Below, in pieces: positions 19,615 through 27,038 of a stretch of 64,000 nucleotides of DNA. Made by a program: the position numbers and the translations under genes. The number at the start of each line of letters is the position of its first letter. The stretch's first letter is position 1. The stretch lies in assembly GCA_963718575.1 (NCBI GenBank), contig OY970358.1, positions 194,172 to 258,171 of the forward strand, given 5' to 3'. Source of the stretch: an uncultured bacterium. GTDB taxonomy: Bacteria; Patescibacteriota; Minisyncoccia; UBA6257; 2-01-FULL-56-20. The notes beneath the pieces are model-generated. The model did not search any database. It was not told where the DNA came from and saw nothing but the letters and a program-made list of their open reading frames with translations.

Positions 19615-19685
19615 GGGCCTTTAGCTTAGTGGTAGAGCAATCGGTTTGCATCCGATAGATAGGGGTTCGATTCCCCTAAGGTCCA
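19615..19685 (+). tRNA. tRNA-Cys (GCA)
   Basis: Manual cloverleaf: 7-bp acceptor stem (one G-U), anticodon loop tttGCAt, T-arm agggg-ttcgatt-cccct. No encoded CCA. Confidence 0.8.
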
Positions 19686-19706
19686 CATTGCGGCAATCCG
19701 ACTGCG

Positions 19707-20870
19707 GTGGCCGCGGAAAAATCTATCCCTAAAAAGGAGAAGGATACTACTGCGCTCCAACGGATACTTGGGCTTTGGATTATCGGCATTGCGGTTTTAA
19801 TATTTGGGTTGGAATTTTTATTTCCTTCACAATTTCTTGCCCTGAGTGCATTCATCAGTCAGATACCAAAGTTTTTTACGAGTTTTTCGCAGACAACGAT
19901 AACAGATCAAGGCGATGGAGCCCACGTCGTCAATATGCCCATACAAATGGGTCAGCCCGCGACGACGCAACCGCAGCCAGCTGCCAATCCGCTCGCCGTT
20001 CAGACAAGCAGCGCCGGAACATTTTATCCGCTCCAGCAAGTTAATCTTTGGGGCTATTCATTTTACACGAGCAAGATCGACGGGAGCGGAAGCATCGACA
20101 TAGGATCGAGCGCGAAGCAGACCATCGCTACTCTCCTATACGACATTGGCTATCCACATTCTCTGACAACCAACCTCGCCATCATCGACGCCGACCCGAC
20201 GCTCATGCAGCCGGGCGAATATATTGAAACCCCTTTTGCGAGCAATATCCCCGTTGCGATATCCAGCTTTCCTGAAAGCGGGTTATACGAACAAGTTGGT
20301 ATCGGATCATCCTATACGGGAGCGATCATTTACATGGATAGCACCAACAATTGGGATTTGGCCGTCCTGACCCACGAGCTGGGTCATAACATTGGTTTCC
20401 GCCTGACCGACGCGCAATGGACGGAGTATTACGAACTGCGCGGCATACCAGCGAACACGCCACGAGAGACGAGCAACTGGTATACGTCTCCCGAAGAAGA
20501 TTTTGCGGAAGTATTCAAAGCGACCTACGCGCAAGGCAGTGGCGGCGAGTGGAATATCAGAACATATTATGGCCCACTGATTTCGACAAATGATATTTAC
20601 GACGTTGAAAGTCCCTGTTACCCGTTGGAACAAACCGCCTTTCAAAATTTACTCGATACATGGAAGGAAAATAACAGCAGCACGTTTATGGTTCCGGCGA
20701 ATGTTATGACTGAATTTCAAGATCAAGCCCAATATGATCCGAAGGTGCAGGCGTGCCGACAAACCGATACTACGCAGTCGCCGTTCGGGGGCTCTATCTA
20801 CGAGAGAATTACTACCCCAGCGACGCAGGCGTTTATAAAAAGCGTCGTAGCGGGATTTGCTAAGAGTTAG
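19707..20870 (+). CDS. Membrane-anchored putative zinc metalloprotease (HExxH), hypothetical
   Basis: N-terminal TM helix ILGLWIIGIAVLIFGLEFLF. HELGHNIG zincin motif. GTG start right after tRNA-Cys. Confidence 0.4.
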   Translation: MAAEKSIPKKEKDTTALQRILGLWIIGIAVLIFGLEFLFPSQFLALSAFISQIPKFFTSFSQTTITDQGDGAHVVNMPIQMGQPATTQPQPAANPLAVQTSSAGTFYPLQQVNLWGYSFYTSKIDGSGSIDIGSSAKQTIATLLYDIGYPHSLTTNLAIIDADPTLMQPGEYIETPFASNIPVAISSFPESGLYEQVGIGSSYTGAIIYMDSTNNWDLAVLTHELGHNIGFRLTDAQWTEYYELRGIPANTPRETSNWYTSPEEDFAEVFKATYAQGSGGEWNIRTYYGPLISTNDIYDVESPCYPLEQTAFQNLLDTWKENNSSTFMVPANVMTEFQDQAQYDPKVQACRQTDTTQSPFGGSIYERITTPATQAFIKSVVAGFAKS

Positions 20871-21466
20871 ACATTCGCATATAGCGACCTCATCTTAGCA
20901 AGCGTGTCCTTATAGAAAGTATCAAAACTCCTGCTGCTAGATCGAAGCTTACCCATGTCGATCAATCGAACGATTTCTAAATGTACATCGTCATCGGTCT
21001 TGGTAATGTCGTCGTTGGATTTGCTGATCATGTAATGATACCTGTCTTTTGGTGAAATAATATCGCCGAATGGCAGTGGTTCGGTTCCTGCGAAGCCAAG
21101 GATATTTTTAATCGCATTCTCCTCGTCCAAAAACCACTCTTCTATCACTGGGTCCGGACATCCGACAACACCGAAGGAATGATCAATCCCCAAGAGACAC
21201 GCCTCCCTGACTAGCCGACGGACGTTTGAACATTTATGAGAATCGCCGTCCGTGTCGGTAACAAAAATCCCGAATGAGCATTCAGGCTTTATCTCTAAAA
21301 ATAAACCAAGCGCCGCTTCGATCGATGATTTCGTTATCGATCCATCCGCCGTCTTCACTCTAAACTTTATTTCCTCCGTTATTCCGGCATCAATGGCGAT
21401 GCGTTTTATCAATTCCTTCAGGGTCTTATCGTCAAATGTTCCTTCGCAATGAATGCCTACTAACAT
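20867..21466 (-). CDS. TOPRIM-like nuclease-domain protein (DUF4276/RloB-like), partner of the upstream ATPase
   Basis: 199 aa. N-terminal ...VGIHCEGTFD (conserved Glu) and FVTDTDGDSH (DxD) are arranged like TOPRIM. AT-rich relative to the genome. Confidence 0.5.
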   Translation of the reverse strand: MLVGIHCEGTFDDKTLKELIKRIAIDAGITEEIKFRVKTADGSITKSSIEAALGLFLEIKPECSFGIFVTDTDGDSHKCSNVRRLVREACLLGIDHSFGVVGCPDPVIEEWFLDEENAIKNILGFAGTEPLPFGDIISPKDRYHYMISKSNDDITKTDDDVHLEIVRLIDMGKLRSSSRSFDTFYKDTLAKMRSLYANV

Positions 21467-21475
21467 GGAAAGCGG

Positions 21476-22585
21476 TTACAGATTATTGATGTAGTCTGTC
21501 ATCTTCCCGCCTCTCTCCAACATTTTTTGTATGCTGGTAGCCTGTGCACTTTCACTCAAGAGAGTAAGCTCCGTCCCTTTATCATTTTTTTCGGCTAGCA
21601 CTACTTCGTGAACTGGAAGGCGATTGATTACCAAAGGGCTGTGGGTAGTAAAAAGAATTTGCATATTTTTTATTGTTGCAATTTTTCTTAGATGGTCGAT
21701 CAACTCGTTGATCCGATGGGGGTGGATGCCGTTTTCTATCTCCTCAATTATAAGCGACGAATGCTCGTTGAGCTTGATCGCTTCGCCGATAAGGTAGAGT
21801 GTTCGAAGATCACCAGCCGAGAGCAACTTCATTGAAAGCATTCTTTTTAGGTTATGCTCTTGCATCAAAACCAAATACTGCTGTTCAGCCGGATTACCGG
21901 ATGCCTTGAGCTCCACTTCCTTGAAAGCTGAAATTGAAGGGATCATCTTTTTGCTGATGTCGATAAAATTCTTGTATAACTCTGGCTTGTGATTTAGCCA
22001 GACCAAAAGACTTGCCAATGACTCCTCGCTGCTACCCACACTCCCAATGGAGTCGCTGACCTCAAAATATTCTTTGGTTATATAAACATCAGAAAATATT
22101 TTTCTTATCCCGGCGGCGTCTTCCTGATTGAAGAGTGCCGTAGCCAAACGCTCGTTATCGATTGCAAGAGGCACCGGATTTCCGGCGGCATCGGTTAAGC
22201 TATTCTGTTTCCGCGTATAAACAGGAGCTTGCACTCCATCGATTATTTTTTCCAACTTCTCTGATCGGATGACAGTTGACTGATTTCCGGAGAGCAGCTC
22301 GACAGAAAAATCCAATATGTACTTTCCACCATTAGAAAGATTTATCTTTATAGAAAACTCAGACGAAACATCGCTTGCATTAAAAAGTTCGTTCTGCGTA
22401 AGGCTCATCTTTGCCGCCGCCTTGGGAAGACTGTCGCCAGCCACTAAGCTTTTCACGAGCAGCAATGCTTGGATGAGGTTGGTTTTACCAACAGCGTTCT
22501 TTCCCACTACGGCACCAAAAGAAGGCAAACTAGCGCTGCTTTTCTGAAAGCTTTTGAAATTAACGATCTCTATGGAGTTAATCAT
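21476..22585 (-). CDS. ABC-type ATPase of the AAA_15/AAA_21 (RloA/AbiLi/AriA/OLD N-terminus-like) class
   Basis: Walker A GKNAVGKT. Walker B/D-loop LIIEEIENGIHP. H-loop FTTHSPLV. 369 aa, AT-rich. 9 nt upstream of the TOPRIM-like gene. Confidence 0.7.
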   Translation of the reverse strand: MINSIEIVNFKSFQKSSASLPSFGAVVGKNAVGKTNLIQALLLVKSLVAGDSLPKAAAKMSLTQNELFNASDVSSEFSIKINLSNGGKYILDFSVELLSGNQSTVIRSEKLEKIIDGVQAPVYTRKQNSLTDAAGNPVPLAIDNERLATALFNQEDAAGIRKIFSDVYITKEYFEVSDSIGSVGSSEESLASLLVWLNHKPELYKNFIDISKKMIPSISAFKEVELKASGNPAEQQYLVLMQEHNLKRMLSMKLLSAGDLRTLYLIGEAIKLNEHSSLIIEEIENGIHPHRINELIDHLRKIATIKNMQILFTTHSPLVINRLPVHEVVLAEKNDKGTELTLLSESAQATSIQKMLERGGKMTDYINNL

Positions 22586-22811
22586 TTAAGCCATTTATAT
22601 ATTATCACACTTTGGAGATGATGTTCTTATGAATACAATATCTTGCTCCATTTTTATCTCCGTTGCAATGGCACCGCCATGATACCACTCGGCCATTAAA
22701 AAACAATTAATTAGACCAGCGCCGACGAGATCCATAATCCTTGCCAAGATCCCAGCGCGATGATAATGTTGTGCCAGCAGGTATTCACATTCCAACGAGG
22801 AGAGAAAGAGC

Positions 22812-23786
22812 ATGGAAAATACACACAGCACCCAACGGTTTGCCGTGGGAACGATCCCAGATATTCCATTGGGGCTCATCCGGCCCTTTCGGAATCAACC
22901 TCGCAAACACTTCGACCAAAAAGGATTGGAAGAGCTCGCCGCGAGCATCAAGGAAGAGGGACAGATAACGCCAGCATGGGTGATGCCCATCTTCGACGAT
23001 CCGGTGATCGAGTACGAGCTTATCGCAGGAGAACGCCGGTGGCGTGCCTGTGGGATAGCGGGAATAGCAACGCTGCGAGGAGAAATCCGCGCACCAGAGA
23101 CCGCAGCGAAGCAGTATCTCGACTCCGTAATGGAAAACTTCGGAAGAAGGGATTGCACGCATCTCGAAACCGCGCGGGCGATCGAAGAAATGCGGCGTAT
23201 CCATTTTGGAGAAAAACCAGAGTGGGGCGAAAAAGTTACGGAAAAACTCGCCAAGATCTTCGTCCATTCCACCGCGTGGATCAACCAGTACCGGAGCCTT
23301 CTCCGACTTCATCCCGAAGTACAGGCCATGATGGAGCCGGGGGTTGAGGAAAAACAGCGGCTTCCGTTTCAGGTCGCGATCGCGTTGGCAAACTTGGAGC
23401 AGGAATCGCAGCTTACCATCGCACGGCATATCGTCGGGGAGGGTTTGAGACTCAAACCAGCGCTTGCCCATATCCGTGCGGAAGTTAGCGATGATATACG
23501 TATCAAGAAGAATGGTCGGCGTGGACGTCCACACAGGGACTACGACGTTCTGCGAACCTTCCTGAAAAGTCTGGGGGAAGGAGCGGAAGGATTGCTTAAT
23601 ATGTCCCACAAGACATTTGAGGAGATGTTCCGCCACCGGCCAGTACGAGAACTTCAGAACGTCATTGAGGTCTTGAAAAAAAGGCAGGGTCAGCTCAAAG
23701 ATCTTGAGCAGGCACTGCGCCGTGTATCGGTTCCTAATGAAGGTCAACGGCCCGTCTTGATAAGCAGAGCCGCTGGCGAACGTTAA
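22812..23786 (+). CDS. ParB/Sulfiredoxin N-terminal domain protein
   Basis: ...IPLGLIRPFRNQPRKHFDQKGLEELAASIKEEGQITPAWVMP...YELIAGERRWRAC matches the ParB-like nuclease/NTPase domain. 324 aa, helical C-terminal half. Confidence 0.6.
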   Translation: MENTHSTQRFAVGTIPDIPLGLIRPFRNQPRKHFDQKGLEELAASIKEEGQITPAWVMPIFDDPVIEYELIAGERRWRACGIAGIATLRGEIRAPETAAKQYLDSVMENFGRRDCTHLETARAIEEMRRIHFGEKPEWGEKVTEKLAKIFVHSTAWINQYRSLLRLHPEVQAMMEPGVEEKQRLPFQVAIALANLEQESQLTIARHIVGEGLRLKPALAHIRAEVSDDIRIKKNGRRGRPHRDYDVLRTFLKSLGEGAEGLLNMSHKTFEEMFRHRPVRELQNVIEVLKKRQGQLKDLEQALRRVSVPNEGQRPVLISRAAGER

Positions 23787-23815
23787 TGCCATTCAACTTC
23801 GGAAAGGAGAAGTAT

Positions 23816-24460
23816 ATGTCGATAGCACCTCGGCCGCAGCAGGTCAATCAGGATGCGCTCATCGAACGCGCGCAACAGGGAGATTCTGCTGCGTTCAAGG
23901 AGCTCTATGAACTTCATAAGAGACAGGTGTACCGCATCTGCTACAGAATGGTTAAAAACCAAGCTGATGCAGAAGATTTGGTGCAAGAAGCCTTTCTCCA
24001 ACTTTTCCGCAAGTTGAAACTGTTTCGCGGTGAATCCCAGTTCAGCACTTGGTTTCACCGCCTCGTGGTAAATGTTGCGCTGATGAAACTCCGCAGGAAA
24101 GACGGTCGATACGACGTCTCCCTCGACGAACTTGTGGAGGTTGGCGACGGCGAGCTCCAGCGGGAGGTTGAGTCCATCGACCATCATCTGAGGTTGTCGC
24201 CCGAACGTATCGCAGTGGGAAAAGCCATCGAACAGCTGCCTCCGGGCTACCGCTTGATCCTTCGGATGCACGATCTCGAAGGGTTTGAGCATAACGAGAT
24301 TGCGGAGATCCTTGGATGCAGCATCGGCAACTCAAAGTCCCAACTCCATAAGGCGAGGGCAGCACTCCTTTCTCTCCTTGAGGTCAAACTTGATCCACTT
24401 TCAATCCTTGTTAATTTCGATAAATTTTTGTCGGACAACGGGAATGAGAGCATACAATAA
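23816..24460 (+). CDS. ECF-type RNA polymerase sigma factor (sigma-70 regions 2 and 4)
   Basis: ...FKELYELHKRQVYRICYRMVKNQADAEDLVQEAFLQLF... (region 2) and ...YRLILRMHDLEGFEHNEIAEILGCSIGNSKSQLHKARAAL (region 4). GGAAAGGAGA RBS. 30 nt after the ParB-like stop. Confidence 0.8.
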   Translation: MSIAPRPQQVNQDALIERAQQGDSAAFKELYELHKRQVYRICYRMVKNQADAEDLVQEAFLQLFRKLKLFRGESQFSTWFHRLVVNVALMKLRRKDGRYDVSLDELVEVGDGELQREVESIDHHLRLSPERIAVGKAIEQLPPGYRLILRMHDLEGFEHNEIAEILGCSIGNSKSQLHKARAALLSLLEVKLDPLSILVNFDKFLSDNGNESIQ

Positions 24461-24488
24461 AAAGCCATCTGTAGTTAGGTGAAATTCT

Positions 24489-24536
24489 AAAAGCTCGGCA
24501 CCAAAAATTGCCGAGCTTTTTCTTTTAAATTAGTCC
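24489..24536 (+). terminator. Intrinsic terminator (agctcggcaccaaaaattgccgagct + T-run)
   Basis: Follows the sigma factor gene. Confidence 0.65.
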
Positions 24537-24549
24537 GAATATCCTCTAC

Positions 24550-24960
24550 CTACCCCCGCTCCGTGTGGTCAACAATATTATTGTTAATCATTCCGACAGC
24601 CTGTGATAAGCGCTTCCACTTTACTTTCAGCTCAGCATATTTTTCGGGCGCGATATTTGTCTCGTCTTTAATAAGCTGCAATTTTTTATAAATAGGATTT
24701 AATGCCTGCTTGGCAGGTTCTCTTATTGGATGATGAGGTGCTTCCGCTGGCGTAAGGTTCATAACGGCATTCAACGCCGCCAGGTCATGGGTCTGCTCAA
24801 AGCTTTCAAACATCCCTTCGAGTTCTTCGACTTCTGGCCCGCATTCCCGACGCTTCTCTGCGGGGATTTCTTCGGTGGCATACTTCGCCAGCCATTCATT
24901 AATCACCTCTTCCTGTTCCTCGCTGAAGTTTTCGCTGTTCTTCTCGGGATTCTCGTTCAT
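24550..24960 (-). CDS. Hypothetical acidic protein (136 aa)
   Basis: ORF only. No recognisable motif. Confidence 0.3.
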   Translation of the reverse strand: MNENPEKNSENFSEEQEEVINEWLAKYATEEIPAEKRRECGPEVEELEGMFESFEQTHDLAALNAVMNLTPAEAPHHPIREPAKQALNPIYKKLQLIKDETNIAPEKYAELKVKWKRLSQAVGMINNNIVDHTERG

Positions 24961-25077
24961 TCCATGATCTTAGCATAAAATCTTTAACATCATCCGCTAG
25001 CCCGCTCCGCTGCTAATTGTTGCCATTCCTGCATTTCGGCTATAAACTGGCTCCAATGGACTCGCAGGTAGTCCACC

Positions 25078-25761
25078 CTAAAAGAATCTTCCCGTGAAGA
25101 GGGCGAAGAAAAAGTTGATGACCGGGAAGATGATGCCGAATCCGAAGAAGACGAAGATAAGCACGAGGATCAATCCCCAGCGCTCCATGAAGTACATGAA
25201 TTTGTATGTGGCGGGCGTGGGCGGTAAAACCAAAAACAAAAGTTTTGAACCGTCGAGCGGCGGGATCGGCACGAGGTTGAAGATGCCGAGGAGCACATTG
25301 ATATAGACGATGATCAAAAAGAAGAAATAGATCCCGTCGAGCGGGCCCACGAAGACCGGCGTGCCGGCGTTCGCGATCGCGCCGAAGAGCGCGCCCTTCG
25401 TTGCGCCCGCGATCGGCACGAGCACGCTCAGGATCCCGAACACGAGCGCGATGAATAAATTTGTGGCGGGACCCGCGAGCGCGACCTTCACCGCGCCCGT
25501 GCGCGGATTCTTCAGGTTGTTCGGATTGTACGGGACCGGCTTTGCGCCCGCAAAGAAAAATCCCGTCGTTAAAAACAGGACGAGCGGCATGAGGAATGAG
25601 AGAAACGGGTCAAGGTGCGCGAGCGGATTCAACGTCAGCCGCCCGGCGCGCCGCGCGGTGTCGTCCCCAAGCCGCTCCGCCTCGTAACCGTGCGCCACTT
25701 CATGGAGCACCGCCGAGAAGAGCAGAACGACGAATTCGAATATGATGATTGCAATAGTCAT
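25078..25761 (-). CDS. Site-2 protease family (M50) intramembrane metalloprotease
   Basis: HEVAHG zinc motif in TM1 plus NLVPIPPLDGS. 227 aa, polytopic. Confidence 0.8.
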   Translation of the reverse strand: MTIAIIIFEFVVLLFSAVLHEVAHGYEAERLGDDTARRAGRLTLNPLAHLDPFLSFLMPLVLFLTTGFFFAGAKPVPYNPNNLKNPRTGAVKVALAGPATNLFIALVFGILSVLVPIAGATKGALFGAIANAGTPVFVGPLDGIYFFFLIIVYINVLLGIFNLVPIPPLDGSKLLFLVLPPTPATYKFMYFMERWGLILVLIFVFFGFGIIFPVINFFFALFTGRFF

Positions 25762-25838
25762 AGGGATAATTGTAGCATTAGAGCATACGGTATCGCATCG
25801 CTACTGTATACGCGCCTCGCAACATCGCCGGTGCACAT

Positions 25839-25910
25839 GCCCTCGTAGTGAAACGGATATCACGCATGGCTTCGAACCATGAAGTCTGGGTTCAACTCCT
25901 GGCGGGGGCA
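25839..25910 (+). tRNA. tRNA-Arg (TCG), tentative
   Basis: Manual fold: acceptor gccctcg/cgggggc, D-arm gtga-aacggata-tcac, anticodon loop ctTCGaa, T-arm with two G-U pairs. Weaker than the other tRNAs. Confidence 0.5.
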
Positions 25911-25961
25911 CCGATAGAAAACAGTAGGGCTACATTTTAATTCAGTAAGTAAACTTCTCTA

Positions 25962-25990
25962 TTCTAAAATCACAATTTGTGATTTTAGAA
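25962..25990. repeat. 29-nt perfect palindrome ttctaaaatcacaa-t-ttgtgattttagaa between two tRNA genes
   Basis: Seen in sequence. AT-rich spacer. Operator-like dyad. Confidence 0.4.
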
Positions 25991-26129
25991 TGCGGGAAAA
26001 CTCGATATTATTCGAGAAGCGGCGCAAGCGCGGCAAACCCCCTTACCCTTACACGCTGGCGATGACGAAATATATCTCACGCAACTCATTGCATTTTCCG
26101 CCTATCCTTAATAGAATAACTTTGATATT

Positions 26130-26202
26130 GCCCCTATAGCTCAGTTGGTAGAGCAACTCCCTCTTAAGGAGATGGTCCGAGGTTCGAATCCTCGTGGGGG
26201 CA
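26130..26202 (+). tRNA. tRNA-Lys (CTT)
   Basis: gcccctatagctcagttggtagagc...anticodon loop ctCTTaa...cgagg-ttcgaat-cctcg-tgggggc-a. Canonical cloverleaf. Confidence 0.85.
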
Positions 26203-26447
26203 CCGCGTGCGAACATTGCGTATAGTGAGATTCTGTGGTATTTTAATTTCTGCAATTCCTATATCATCCAGGGAGGAAAAATGGACAACGCTACGGCGAT
26301 GATCGCGTCGCCCCGACAGAAACTTTGCGCCAGAGCATTTATCATGACGCAGACAAGACTCCGAAACCATATCCAACCGGACTTCAACGTGTTCTTACGC
26401 GGAGATCAAAGAATCACTTTGCCAAGAGCAAGAAAAGGGAGGCGTAC

Positions 26448-26747
26448 ATGGAAGCTGAGGTGAAGCGGGCGGTCATGGAGATTCTCCCGGATCAACACCC
26501 GCATTTTTTTCTGGGCCACTTCAAAGAGCCGTTTGAAACTCTTTCGCTCGCTCAGGCGATCGCAGCCGTCCACCAAAGAATCGCCGCGGCGGACCATGAC
26601 GAATTGGTCAGAGTGTCCGATAAAGTCACCGCCTATCTCGCACCAAAGGATTCCACCATCGAGGAACTCGGCAATATATCGCTAAAGCTTCTCGGAGCCA
26701 TGTTATCAATCAGGCAAAGTGAATTTTCAGCCCCCTGCCGCAATTGA
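26448..26747 (+). CDS. Hypothetical protein (99 aa)
   Basis: AAGGGAGG RBS 6 nt before the ATG (MEAEVKRAV...). Terminator-like hairpin after the stop. Confidence 0.35.
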   Translation: MEAEVKRAVMEILPDQHPHFFLGHFKEPFETLSLAQAIAAVHQRIAAADHDELVRVSDKVTAYLAPKDSTIEELGNISLKLLGAMLSIRQSEFSAPCRN

Positions 26748-27038
26748 TCTCCTCGTGGCCTCCTTCCCGTCGGCGCGCCCCCGCAAGGCACGCCGATTTT
26801 TTTATCATCAATGGATGCGTAGTCATGCGATAAACCATGATGCTATGGTTAGGGTGCGCTTTTTTATTATAGAAATAGAAACGGCGTGCAACTCATGAAG
26901 AGTCGCACGCCGTAGTGTGCCATTGCCCGTGACACGTCGGTAAACCTCATAGTTATTTCGCAGAGATTGCTCGGCTCTCTGCCACCAGGAGGGTGCGTGT
27001 GCTTCTTGCGCCCGGTATGCTATACTATTCGCAATCAA

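Noticed and set aside
22595-22879. 94-aa minus-strand ORF immediately upstream of the ATPase gene
   Set aside because: It overlaps the ParB-like gene start and the divergent promoter region. It has no RBS or motif and is probably not coding. It cannot be fully excluded as a third component of the defence-like module.
26049-26376. ORFs 26049..26255 and 26164..26376 (minus strand) overlapping tRNA-Lys, and ORF 31547..31798 overlapping tRNA-Glu
   Set aside because: They overlap well-folded tRNA genes and are spurious.
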